From Acanthaster planci (lineage: Eukaryota): a DNA stretch of 64,000 nucleotides. The translations under genes and the position numbers were made by a program. How positions within the stretch are numbered: the first letter of the stretch is position 1; each line of letters opens with the position of its first letter. The notes under the pieces are model-generated. The model made no database searches. It saw nothing but the letters and a program-made list of their open reading frames with translations, and was not told the origin of the DNA. Shown here in pieces: positions 41,897 through 55,287 of this stretch. The stretch lies in contig NW_019091359.1 in NCBI RefSeq assembly GCF_001949145.1, forward strand, positions 276,021 through 340,020, read 5' to 3'.

Positions 41897-43899
41897 TTGG
41901 CACGGGTTGACATCGAAGATGGCAGACTGGATAGGATTGTGGGAAGTATGACTTTGCTTTTCTAAACCAAAAGAGCACATTGTATATCGGTCAGAACTTG
42001 GAACAACATCAGTATATGGTGTTCTTCTTGCTCGAATTGTACGATGCTTCGTGCAGCCTGTTCCTACGGCATATTTGATCAGGAGGTCCCTGTTGTATTG
42101 TCAAGCCGGTTTACAATCATCTCGTCCTACGCTGATATCACACAGTATACTGTCATTCCATAAAATCCGCTCTTAAAAATCCCAACCAAAATACACCTAC
42201 CGGTGGTCTTGTGTTTATATGGAGTTTGAAAGATAGCCCGAGTCTCGAGGGAAGCGTGACATCCAAAATAAGTACCATTAAAAATAGATGTGACCGTCGG
42301 CGTCACCTTTGACAAGATACATCTCGGCAGGCAAACCTGTCGGTAAATTCTCACTCTGTCATGCAAGGAGAGGCTATCTGACATGTTCAGAGTCGAGATG
42401 CTTGTCATCTGAGATTACCGATTGTTTTGAGACGATATAATGAGACGCCAGATAGGTTATTTTAGAAGTGAAAAGGCTTCCACTCCAGTGTAGCATTATC
42501 TCTTGATCCGAGTCGCATTGAACCCTTGCTTGTTCCCTAAGCTGTGTACTGTAATATCTGAGAGATGGTGTTTTCATGATTTTGCTAGTATTCAAATTAA
42601 CTACAGGTATCATCAGGTCTTTAATATATAATATGTGTCAAGACAATATTGTGTGTACTGATCATGGTAGAGATAGTTTCGTAGCCTGATTCATTATCTT
42701 GGATGCTTGAAGGGCGCCAGGCGCCTCTATTCGTCGCAATATCTGTGCACTGTTTTCCAATTAAGAAATAATTTCTGTCAATGTTACCGCGAATGTTGTG
42801 CACCACATTTTTTGCTCTCGATCTTGTCAGCTCAATAAAGAACTAGCCTTGATCCACTGCTCTGTACCGAGTCTGTGACTGATAATCAGGCACTCCACCG
42901 ACACTGCCCTTAGGCGAGAACGTTTTCAGATGTGTCGAGGTAACAAAGGTATATGCTCGATTCGAGTCTGAATTGCATATTCTCGGTGACACTATCGTGA
43001 TTAATCTGACTCTTATCAGAGAAAATACGCGACTTGAAGAGCGGCCAAAGCCAGCAAGGCCATGGATGAAACCCTCTGAGGTGAAAAGGGCCTCGCAGGA
43101 TCGAGGTTGCGAAGCCTCAGCACTATCACATTTCAGTTGGCTTGCGTATTAGCAAGGACTTGATATGTGTTCAAGGGTGACTAGATGGTGATTAAGTCTT
43201 GATTAATACTCTGAGTTGATTGGTTCGTTCGCCCCCTCACTCCCAGCCTCGAGACGGCCTGAAAAAGGCGACAAGAGAAAGGTACATTCGCGTCATCCAA
43301 TATCGGCACAATCGAGTCCGCCGGGCAATTAAGAGGGAAAAGGCAAACTGTGAAGAGAACGGTTGATTTGGTCAGTGGGCAAGGAGGAAATGGGACTTGT
43401 CGCTTTAAATTCCCTGGATGTGTTCGGCTGGTTAGCCAGCAGGTCGGTGTTAATTTAGTGATAACACAGAAAGCCCATGATTAGATTGTAACACTGTGAG
43501 CAACGCCGAATCATTTTCACCAAGCAACAGCCATTACTGAGACCGGGGAACCCTTGATGAGGCCTGGTCGTTTGGGGTTGCATCTCTAGCAGAAACGCGG
43601 CATATTCCGTGCAAGCAAGCTTAAGTCAAGCTAATGCATTGGCAACATCATTATGTGCCGCACGGTTTATGTGGAGACGATGATTATTGTACATCTGGGC
43701 CCATATTCATATTCAAATGCCCGTGATCAGTTTACGCATTGACAGAAATGCGATTACAAGAGAACTGTTACAAAGGTATATTGCATGTTTAAATCAGTGC
43801 AATTTTTACTGATAAATTTCATTTTAAACACGCTCTCATTAATTGCTGGCTGGAGATGAACCTTAAAATAGAATCTGTGTGCCTGCCAGGGGTGTTTTA

Positions 43900-44140
43900 G
43901 TCATTTCATTTATTTATTTTGCAGGATTAAAACACAGAAAATTTACACAATTTACAAATTCAAGAGATACAAAATATACGCTCAAAAATTAGTTAGGAAT
44001 CTACACACACACACACACACATAAAAACTTAGAAACAACAGCACAAGCAACAACACCACATCCACACAAACACAAAAAACATATAACACCCCTGCAGGAT
44101 TGCAAAAAAAGCAAACTTAATTACTATCGAGTTGCTCTCC
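43900..44140 (-). mobile_element. Possible LINE 3'-end remnant
   Basis: The minus strand is T/G-rich and ends in AATAAATAAATGAAATGA, resembling CR1/L2-type tails; contains an (AC)n tract. No coding evidence. Confidence 0.35.
44003..44021. repeat. (AC)n microsatellite
   Basis: acacacacacacacacaca. Confidence 0.9.
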
Positions 44141-47100
44141 TGATGCTACAAAAAGACCAAATCTGATCTGAGCAGATCTGATCTGGGTAGTCTGATCTTG
44201 ACCTTTGACACCGAATTATTAGTGGTTACTCCTAACGAGCCTCAGTCACCGCCTGCAAAATGAATCTGTGTGTGAGAGGGAGGGTGCACGCAAAAGCATC
44301 GTCACAGCAGTATAATAGTCTCGCAAAGCCGAGAATAAGAAATCTCGCAAGGCTCGTCCTCTGTCTCTCACTCCTTAATACGTTTGACCATATTTCTGCG
44401 TCAGCACTGTTCCCTGGTATACGACACAAGCAGCTAATTCGGGCTATTCCAGCCATGCTGTAAAGACACGCAGTGCCAGTGTTGACATAATTTTCACTTC
44501 GATGTCAGCGATATTGCGTTATCACAGGAATGACAATAGCCAGGCGGTAGAAGATCAAGCTGAAGGGGGGGGTGTTTCTAAACAGTTGTCGATTTTATTT
44601 TAGGATTTCAGTTGCCTTTAAGAAAAAACAGCAACATGTCCCCGGGGAAGGGGCGAGGCACAGGAAAGTTTCTCTACCCTTCACTATTGGACCCTTCAAA
44701 TATCCCCGCGTTGTGTGAGAGGATTTGCACACTACAGGTTGAACCCCGCGACAGACGGTACTAGTGCGCGTGTTTTTGGCCTGCGGCAATGTGCGGTATA
44801 TTACAAGTGTACACACACCCACACAATATTAAGTAAACAAAACCCCGTATTCTGACACCAGGACGCGGCAGGTGACCACGATTCACTCGACGATGGCTGT
44901 ATGTCTGAGCGAACTAGCCAAAATGGCCCACAGACAAACTGTAACGGGGTATTTCAATATTAATTTTACCAAGCTGCTGGAATTTTTTTTTACTGGAACT
45001 TGTTTCAGTAATGTCCCGACCAACATCTACTTCGTTGGACCAATGTGGTCTCAGCTTGGCTGATCACCCCCTCCCCGGCCTTACGAACATAAGGTCATTT
45101 TTTTAATCTTTGGATTTTGGAAACCTTTTGGCTATCAATGACCACCCACATGAGGGACGAGACTATTTCTTGAAAACACAGTCGTAGCCGTTACTACGTG
45201 GCCATAACTTCGGCGTCGTTGTCTAGAAGAGGCTTAAAATCCAACATCTGATTTATGACACAATTACACTACTGACGCTAAATGAATAAAACATGACAAC
45301 GGCGGCAGCTCTCGATGGTATATCAAAATGCTTACCACTCCCTTCCACCATGAAGTACTAATTCATTTATAAGGTATCACTAACAGACAACTTTAATCCC
45401 CCTAAAAGGTAGCAAACAATATGCCTACATCCCAATAGACTCGTTGTCAGCAGAATCGCACCAGAGCAAGTTACTACCTCATTAATGTGCGCACTGAATA
45501 TTGCAGGGACGAGAAATCGAACTTCCAAGCTGTTTCGGTTTTGAGGCGCGCATGATTTCCAAAACGTTGGCTGCACTAGGCCTACAGGCGCCGACCATAT
45601 CCCGCCGCGCCTTCACTTTCCACAAGAATTTGTTGCCATGAAAATTTAAGCCCGATTGATCTAACGCTATCAAAAGCGTTGAGGCTAACTACATTAAAAA
45701 AACGATGAAAAACTGACATGTACGCTGAACTGAAAAGGCAGAGGACAATTTGCTAAACATAATTAACTAACAAGGGCTCAACAGATAAGAAGCAAAAGGA
45801 AGGCTGAATTTATAACAAAAGTAAGCTAAAGCGGGTGAAAATCTGGTAAATAACCAGAAACTTCGATCAGCAAGTTCTTGCGCCTGTTGGGATCAGCTCA
45901 ATTTCTTGTCCTAACATCTGCAACGTCCGAGAATGAAGTCCAATGATAATCTTGCTAAGCTTAATTTTGAATGCAACCTGAATTTCGCAATTATGGCCAC
46001 TCTTTGCGGTACGAAAGGGGGTGACGTCATTAGTTAGCCGCTCCTCCCAAAGCACGTGCCGCCAAGGTCTTTTCCCGTTCTTTTGATCCAACTATCGCAA
46101 CCACACATAACCGTCACCTTCCAAGGCTCGACAGTGTCTGCCCTCAGAAATTAAAAAAAAGAAAGAATGGTGCGAGATCAGCTACACAACTCGCAGAGCC
46201 ACATATGCGGCCGGCCTGCAGGAAGCAGACGACAAGCCTGCCCCGTTTGTTACTGCGTGTTTGTTATGAAAACATCCCGGTGTATCCGTCTCTGTTCCTG
46301 AGGGAACCGGGGCTCCGCCGTACAGTTGTAATTACGGTCTTGACATTGGGCCGGGGCGCCATTCACGACCACTCTAAAATGATAACCAGACACCAGATTG
46401 ATGAACCAAGTGTCAGAGGAAAGGACTTGCGAAAATGGGCGGGTCCACATGTGGCAGTTGTAACTAAAAGATTCCATTGGCTTCTGAAACTTATGGCAGA
46501 ATCGAGTGACTGCCCCAAAACAAGTTTCTAAAACGAAAAACGACACGTGAACCGGAATCACTGGTAACTTCTCTCTTCACTTACATTTTTCAACGTCATT
46601 GCAATATTCCCAAGCACCCTAATGCTTCCCACACCCCTCCGTCCATGAATGGGATCGACGGGTGCAACTTTGTATTGTACCCACAATGCAAAGCGGAAAC
46701 AAAATTGTACGTGCGCTCTGCACCAGTGATTTTACGCCTGGTGTGTTTGCTGCATCGACTAGTGATCTTATTTTCGCCAAGCCTGTCAGCAAACGAAGCA
46801 ACAGCCACCGCATCTGAAACCCAACTCGGACTTCCAATCAGTTATTCACTTCGAGTTGGACGAAGAAAACAAGTAACAGATTTTTTTGGTAAGTTTAAAC
46901 TCAGCTAATCCGTCAATTAGGGTTGTAATTTAGTGGTTAGAATTTGGATTATTGAGACAAAACAACAGCCCCGTTTATCATGAAATGAAAATGCCTCTGA
47001 CATCAGTGTACATGTAATGAGCAGAGATTTGGTTGTATTTTAAGCAGATTTTATTAGCAAAAGACGGAGAATGTCAACTTTAATTAGATCTTAACACGTG

Positions 47101-50100
47101 CTTCTAAATTAACTATGCTCTTGATGAGAAATTCGTTTGCTTGAACAATTGAGACAATAGAGTGAAAGAATATACATGTACAGTATTGTTGGAAATATTT
47201 TCCTGTGGTGAGATGTTACTGCTGACACACATTTTGTTGTTATCGATTGACTTGTGACGATGAATTTCATCAGGCCTGGGTGAGAGACAAACAGGCCTGT
47301 CAGGAAAAAGTAGTTCCTTTTTTCCCCGGTAGTGTTGCCAAATGACGCACGGCACGGTACATGATTTCGAACAGTTACCGTGGACCATGAGAGCGCTTCC
47401 GTCGCAACTCGGCCGGCTGGTCACGCTGACGCGCCAACCTAAACACGCCCTGCTCATAGAAATTACTGTCACTTAGACATTTTTCCTGCTCAAAAAGGAA
47501 AAAAGAAAAAAAAACCTGTTTACTCGACATTGTAGATAACTTAATTGCTTCCGTTGTGTGTCGACAAAGAAGCAAGGTTGTTTATATACAAAGGATGAAC
47601 ACAAAAGTGATGGAATGGAAACGTGACATTCAGTGTAACTTGGGAACTTAGAGACACGTTAAATCGAGGGTCATAATGTTACTTTCTCTTTGTTAATGAG
47701 ATACATGTACACGTATTTGAATTGGGATGGGTGGTGTGACGTGGTGTGGTTATTGTCACACAAAATAACGATTCCGGGGTTGCAATATTTAATTATTCGA
47801 AATTAAAAATGCCCTGAAATGAATTGAAGAATGCAAAATCTCAAATTAAGCTAAGTTCAGTATCAGTGTGGTTATACAGTACTGTAAGGAGACAAGCTTG
47901 CGGCCACTCGCCACGACGATTTCCTCCGTATTACCCCTGGTTCAAGGGAGTGATGCACATTTCATACCGAACGGCTTAACTGCGATGGGGCATGTGTTGA
48001 TCACCGGGAAAAAAAATTGAGTCCACCCAGTATGTTGTGCCCAGACATTGTTATATTTTCCGTGTTATTGAATCAGTCACTTGGCTTGATACGGAACAAG
48101 CTTCAAGGTGTGAAGATGATTCATGATGTAGATGCGATCTTGTAGCAGTGGGTATTCAACTCTTTTCACTTACCCTCCAAAAGCTGGTAGCATTTAACAC
48201 CTCCTTCTCCACATCATTTGCGTGATTTGACAACTCTTATCAAGCCTTTTAATTTTCAAACAATACAACCTTTTGAGCGCAGCAAGTACGGTTGCGTTAC
48301 GCTAGCTCACTGAGCCCAGTGACAAAGGAAGTCTGAGATTCCCGGGGCTTGATGAAGTGGATTGGATGAAATGTGACTCGAACGCAGACCGTCTTGCGGT
48401 TACTGTTGCTTGGGAATGTTCGGGCCGCATAATAGCGGGCGCTCTGCATTGTAGCAGTGCTGAATTATGTGCGGGGTTGAATGGGAGAGACATGCGCGTG
48501 GTTCTCGCTTCAATACAATGTGCGTGCCTACTCAAAATTGCTGTTTCTTTCTCAGCGATGAACAGGCAGAAATGGGGATCAATTCAGTAAACACTCGCTC
48601 CCGAATTTCCAGTATTTTATGATTAGCATTTAATGGTTTGATATAGAGTAGATTAAAAGTTGAATTTCGAGTTAATTTCATGAAAAATCTGGATTTCAGT
48701 TAATTCCTCTTGCCATATGCGTATTAGCTGTTCGAGTTCAGGCTGATATATTAATTTCAGGATATTGGTTTATATTCTCAAATCTGACCCTTTGTAATCT
48801 GTATGAATTTGCGACGCCCAAATTACCTGGTTTTGATTGGCAATAAAAAGAAGTCCCTCAGTCCACTTTTAAATAGACTGGATTAAAAGTAAATAAAAAG
48901 GCCTACATTTATTTTTATCAGCAAAGAAGTTTTGAAAACTGTCTGAAAGTCCCTGTTCAAAAATATTTCAGTTTTGAATTTATATAGGGCACAATTGCAT
49001 ATGTTTCAGTGGGAAATCACGCAGCCATCTTTCCATAAAAATTAATCTCATGTGTCTATTCTGTAGCATTGTTGGAGACAAATGTCACTGAACTGAGCAT
49101 TTGACGACAGTAAAACGCTATTGTCACTTCGACTGTGGAAAAATAGAGATTAGCTGCATATAACTGGTATGCTGTAATGATCGTGTCGCAGACAACCCGC
49201 GAGCTTTGAATGAAACATTTTGTCTTCTAGGTATGCCCAACAAACAGATTATAATGGAAATGATGAGCTGCTAGCGGGGCAAATGTAGCCATACTATAGA
49301 CAAAAATCACGGGTAGATGGCATGGCCAATTCTCAAGTACACACCCGCTTGTATGCAGTCCGTTAAAGCCCGTGTGCTGTAGGCCTATCCGGCGCAAAGA
49401 AAACACAAACAAGATGAGTCGATCGATTATGTTATCCCAACTCCTAAAGCACACATCTTCGGATGATACCCCCCCCCTTTAGAAAATAAAACCAAAATCC
49501 GTGGTGATGCTCCCTACAAGCCCGGGCGCCAGGTTGTCGCCGGCCCCTGCATGGACCCATTCAACGCAGGCGTTTCCCCGTAGCGCGAGGGCCACCGATC
49601 CGTTGTATAGGTAGACAACGCCGCAGACGAGTTGAGAGAATGGAAAAGTTGACACCCATACATTCGTCCCACAAAAAGGAAAGAAAAAGATGTCTCCTTG
49701 GGTGACAACTACGAGAATTGCCCAATTGTAGCAATGAAGCCCTTGTACTGACAAGGTGCTAAAATGAATTGCCGTGCGCTTTCCTCTGCCACAGGAAGGC
49801 TTTTCTCAATTGCAGCAATAAAATTGGGAATGCGATCTGGTTGAGACCTGTTGTCCGTTCAGTGAGGGGCTCCTCGGTGTTTGGGACGGCACTTAAATTC
49901 GACGCTCATCGCACCTTAAGTGTGAAAGAAGTTACCTTGGCGCCGGCTCAGAAGTTTGATATTTGTTATTGACCATTTCGGACCTGGGGATTTTTTCCCC
50001 TTTATACACCGTCTGACTTCTTTGGTGAACACGTCGCTGTGTGTCACTGGAAAGAAATTCCGACAATTCCACAAAGCAGAAATAGGAATCATAGTACAAG

Positions 50101-53100
50101 ACGTGTGAATGTGTGCGCTAACCTTACATACTTACTAGTGAGGACTTGTTAACAAAACATGTCCACACGATGCAGGAAGGGAAGACGATCTGTGGACTAA
50201 CCCATGTCCTTAGGACGTTTCCCCTTCTCTGAAATTAGTTCAGAGGCATTAAGGGTTAAGGTTTTTTTGTCGTAAAAGGAAGGGGAACAGCTCAAGAAAC
50301 CTTTTTACAAAAATACAGCTGAAAATCGTGTTCTTGCAGTTCTGGAAATTCAGTATTGTCAACGAGTTTTCTTAACTTCACAAAAACAAAGGAATCTCCA
50401 TACTTGTGGGTTGGAGCCTGTGTGTGTGTGGGGGGGCAGGTCTTATATTGAGGTATACTTTAATTCAACATAATCATTTGTCCTTAAATAAAACAAATTT
50501 ACGCACGGCCGTTCTAACGAAATAACCACGACTATGTAGGTAAATGGAATCTCACTTAAAAATCGCGATTTAACTCGGGCCTGTAGGAGACAGTAAATAC
50601 GTGTATCTTCTGTTACTATTTAACAGCGTGAAGTGACAGTTTAGGATGAAAGACTAGTCGTGTTTGTCCATAGTTTCGTCCGGTCATTCACGAAAGCGTG
50701 AAGTGGCCACTTCGCTTCCACCGTTTCTGGCTACAGCCAATGGGCTCGCGTCTCGCCGTAAGCTGCGCCTTACCAGCTTCCGTGGCGCCGCTGCTGTTCA
50801 CCTCCCCCCCCCTTCGTTTTACCCCTTCCTCTCGCTCGACGACGTGAAAGCACCTTGAGTTTCATTTACTCATCTAATCAGCTTGAACGTTCCACCCACT
50901 TGAGGGGACAAAACTTGACGAACAATTCACCTTCCAGTCGTTTACTTTTCGCACCACGTCAAGTTGCTTCAGTTGACGGGGTTGGACCAACTGTCGCCTT
51001 TCGGCCAACAATCTTAGCTCCCCCGTGTTTGCAGAGTGTCTATACGTTAGGACATGAGAGAACAAACCCATACCCTTCATTGCTGGGCTTGTGAATGTTT
51101 GTGGGAGTAGCTTAACTGGTGTGAAATGGGGGGGGGGATGGGGAATCGTACATCTTTTTTAGAGGGACGGCTCGTTTATGGGTTAATATATGCTCATGTC
51201 AAGATGTTGAACTCGCAAGGAGCGTAGTTGAGCCTTTCGTGCCATCTGACGTCAAATCCACTCGACAAAGCGAAACTCCTTAGTCCCATACAATAAGAAT
51301 TTAGCTTCTGTCAGACAGTACAGACTGCCCAATATGCCGTCCTATCTCATGAAAATTGCCTTTTCCCACAAATTTTCAGCAACCGATTAGCCCCAGCATG
51401 TGACCTGCCCGTTATGAACTATGAATTAACTCAAACTTGCATGCAAGTCCTACATTATTAGAAAACTGCGCGAAAAAAGGGTTCGATTTAACCGGCAAAC
51501 TTTGAAATATTACTCACATTTCTTATCTATATGTACAACATTTCGAGAGAAACAAACACAAGTTGAATCACATCAGATCGCTTATCATGTTCTGCCTTCA
51601 TATATGTTCGGAAATAAAAGCAAAGTTTAAAGGTAGTTTTGTTTTGAATTATTCTACCATCGAATCACGGCTGCCTAATTGTTATAAATTATTCGGCTAT
51701 AAATCGACGAAGACCAAGCCAGCAGTTTCCTGTTATACAAAAAAACCAGGCGCTTTCTACTGGTGCAGTGTTCGAGAGGCTAACGGCATTAAGAAGGGAT
51801 TTATACCAATAATAATGCATTCATTGTAATTCAACCAGCATTATCAAAAATATGGATTGCAATTCGCAGGTCAATATAGAAGCATACGCTGACTTTTTAA
51901 AATTACAAATACTAACTGTAGGCGTGCATGTCATCGGTGAAGTTATATAAAGGATGCTAATTTGAGATGAGCACAACTTGTCACATTATATGCTGAGATA
52001 TTTAATTTACGGTGACCTAGGCACAGGTATAAAGTTTTATGTGCTTTTAATTTTTCCTTGCTGTTGAGTTTACTGTTACTTTTATCAGAAAGGTTTGAGA
52101 AAGATTCTAAATGTAAAATCAGACAATGATGAACGCTTCTCACATAATCGGGTCTGAGAAAAACCATTTAAACAGTTGTTCTCTTTAGAAAGTTGAGCAG
52201 TTTTCAACAGCATAAAGGACTGAGAATGAATGCATTTAGTGGTCATCTTTCGATTAGAAATCAAAAGCAAAAGGTTCGAGAAGCAATGGAAAAGGCCCAC
52301 TTTACAGCAGGATGTCAATTAACAATCTGCACAGTTAACTGCAGACTCGACCAAGACAAGTGAGGGCGGGCTTCAGCAGTAGCGGAGCCGCTCCATTGTT
52401 TTCCACGGGGTTGATGACAAGTAGTGATTATTTTAAGCCGCCTCCTATCGTAGAGTATAAAGCTCAGATCTTCCTCACTGTGTAGAGCACAATTTAACGT
52501 ACATGTATTCATGCCTCCATCTGACACATAAGGGGGAAAATGAAGGAAACTAAATAGCCGCATGAGATGATAACATAAACACACTATTTGGCTTTGTGTG
52601 CACAGAAATACCGCTTACACGTTCCAATCAGTTCCAGAGATAACAGGGACGCCTGGGCGGGGATAACGGAGCCAACTGGCCTGGTCGACCCGCCAAGAGA
52701 CGTGATAAAGACTAACTACACGACCACACCGTAGCCTGGTCCCTCTTTCCCCACTGGCGTGGGTACAATGCTAGCCTCGTAGTGTTATAGGCTGGATATG
52801 CGATGCACATGGTGCATAGACATACGCACGTAGTATAGCCTAAACGTGGCGCTCCCTATTCCCCTCAGACCCGCTCCGATCGAAATTCTATTAACTTCCC
52901 GAAATCCCTTTCCCCGAGCCATGGCGATGAAAAGAGGACACCAGAACACAAGCCCATGCTCTCGATGAAAAAAACCCAGAAGTGAAAAGCCGCGCGGTCC
53001 GCAAACTAGGTCTGAAACAATGGGCAAGCTTCTTCAGACAGCGAGCCTGTCGGTGGCCGGCTGTGTCTGCTTTTCCCATATGTTTTTGTAGGAATTAATC

Positions 53101-53179
53101 ATCCATCGCGGAGCCTGGCGCCAGCTAGGTTTAGTAGCTGTGTCCCCTGAATGGGGCGGTTCAGCCCGCCACAAAGGGA

Positions 53180-53189
53180 TTTCACACCT
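53180..53189 (-). promoter_or_regulatory. Consensus T-box half-site (TTTCACACCT)
   Basis: Exact match to the Brachyury/T-box half-site AGGTGTGAAA on the - strand, about 2.1 kb upstream of the ATG. Function is unproven. Confidence 0.4.
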
Positions 53190-55084
53190 CGCGTGTTTTC
53201 TCTGGCGCTTATTAATTATGTTAACACTTTAGCCAGTCAACAACAATTATCTCTAGCTTGGCGCTGATTGGCTGGAGGTGGGAATGTCGCGCGGTAACTG
53301 TCAATCACGAGTGTAATTATTGATAATAGGCCTCTTTGGTACAGACACCCCTGTAGTATGATTTCAAGTGGTGCGATTTCAACAGCGTTAATACCCAAGC
53401 CACCCCTCTCGGCGGTGATAGTAATATTGATCAAAATCGTTCGTGTAGGCTCAAAACAAAACCCTTTACCGTTAGTCCCATCCCGACTGGACACACTATC
53501 ATTTCAATTGTTTCGTGGTCACGAATCGGGGCCGAAAAACGTGTTTTAATCCAGCATTTTTGGCGTAATATTCGTGCAGTGGGCCAACAAAGTGGCTGGA
53601 AGAACATCGGAGCCTTACGTTATAACAACTCATTCAACGTGCAGTAGTCTCTTTACTTTGGCCCCTGAACATGGATAAGAACGGTTGCCACGCGCGCACG
53701 CATTTTGCGCCTAACCTTTGTAGCTTAGTGATACTCGGTTCGCACTGTCGACGCCAGTGAACACACAGTGCTCGTCTGCATATAAAATGAGGGAAGGGTC
53801 GAACCAGCTACGAAAAGACACTATGTTTTTCTGTTACATGTTTCCATTAATGTTTCCCTTCCCGTAAATGCTTGCATCCATTGGGTCATGAGCTATGCCC
53901 CTCACGGGTCCTCCCCTGTTCCCTGCCGCTGAACGTGCCGAACGGCCGGCGGGTTAGCGAACCCTCCTGCTATAGTTTATGCCGACTGCGGGGCCCCTTT
54001 GGTACAGTTTAGTGAATGACAACAAGATACCGAGACAACGCTCATTGTGTGCGCTGGCTCCACTGGCGCCAGCAGTACTTAGGCATTTGCGTCCAAATGG
54101 AATGTTGCAACGGCTAATCACCTTAGATGTCCCCGCATCATTTTCACGCTTTTAACAGGCCCGCCTACCAATGCCTGGCTATAAATATTACAATAGGGTG
54201 ATCGGCGCAGATCGGTTTCGACAAGGGTGAGGTAAAAAATAAAACACAAAATTAACCTCACAGAAAATGCAGGCACAATTTACTGCTTTTTGGTAACTGG
54301 AACATCATGCTATCCACGAAGAATCCGCTGTGGACAATTGGGAGAAATAGTTGAGGAGGCTACTGGAGGTAATTTACTCGAGAAAAAAAACATGACCGTT
54401 CAGTGGTAAAAATAGTCAACAGAAACACGAGGTTGAAAAGGATGGGCCTGGGATTTTGACACCTCTGGCCGTCAGTCTCCGAGTGAGGGGCGTGCCAAAC
54501 GAGCGCCAACATCGCCGTCCGTGATGACACCGTGCCGACGGTAAACCAGCCAGTCACAGGCCAGGCCAAGCATCTATTCTATAGACTGCTCTAGAGACAG
54601 GCCGGTCTTGGAGATACACATCACGCACGGTTCGGTCGGGACTTGAGCGCACCGTGTACTTCAACATCACTGCATTGCGTGCACGGCGTGATGCTGGCCT
54701 TATAACTGTATCTCTCGAAACACCGACCAGCAAATTACACTGCGATAGTGCGACTGGTATTTGTGGACTACCACGCACACGAGACCAAAAATTACTCGTG
54801 CTGATTTTACCGTGCCCTTGCCCGGCGAAGGGGGAAAGTTATGCCCACGGGTAACGGAGTGGAATTTTCACCCGTGTTTACGCATTTAAGGACTGATTTT
54901 CAGCTCTTTTATTTCGTCCCTACATTTTTACGACCTGCAGGTTTGAGTCTTCGGAATAAGCTGTCTTGATCGACCAGCTAGCAGGGGACTCCTATTGGAC
55001 AGTGCGTGCCAAATAACCAATCAAGCTGCGTGCCTCATTACTCCAGCGGTGTTCCTGTCTCGGCTTCGTCGGAGCTGGAGTCGA

Positions 55085-55156
55085 ATGAGTTACTCGGATC
55101 CCAGCAGGAAGTACGGGAGACTGGTTAAATCCAGACCTGGCGCAGTTGTTCGCTAG
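55085..55156 (+). other. Candidate upstream ORF (23 aa, MSYSDPSRKYGRLVKSRPGAVVR*)
   Basis: The only ATG between 54941 and the main ATG at 55288; stop TAG at 55154-55156. Confidence 0.4.
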
Positions 55157-55287
55157 TCCGCAGCGGCAGCAGCGGTGATACCTCTGACCGTACTTGGCCG
55201 TGTCTGCACGGTAGCTGGCCGGCGCGGCAGACACCGCACGCATCAACTCCATCTTCGGGACTCTAACCTCCCGGACTTTCTTTTCGC

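Larger units (their letters stand above)
52640..55287 (+). promoter_or_regulatory. Probable Tbx2/3 proximal promoter / 5'UTR region (TSS not determined)
   Basis: GC/CpG-rich stretches upstream of the ATG; TATA-like TATAAAA 53781-53787 and TATAAATA 54180-54187; CCAAT 54168-54172; T-box half-site 53180-53189; GGCGCC at 53117 and 54065. Confidence 0.5.

Noticed and set aside
45100..45240. Possible one-ended MITE remnant (GTCGTAGCCG...AGAGGCTTA)
   Set aside because: Partner terminus could not be identified.
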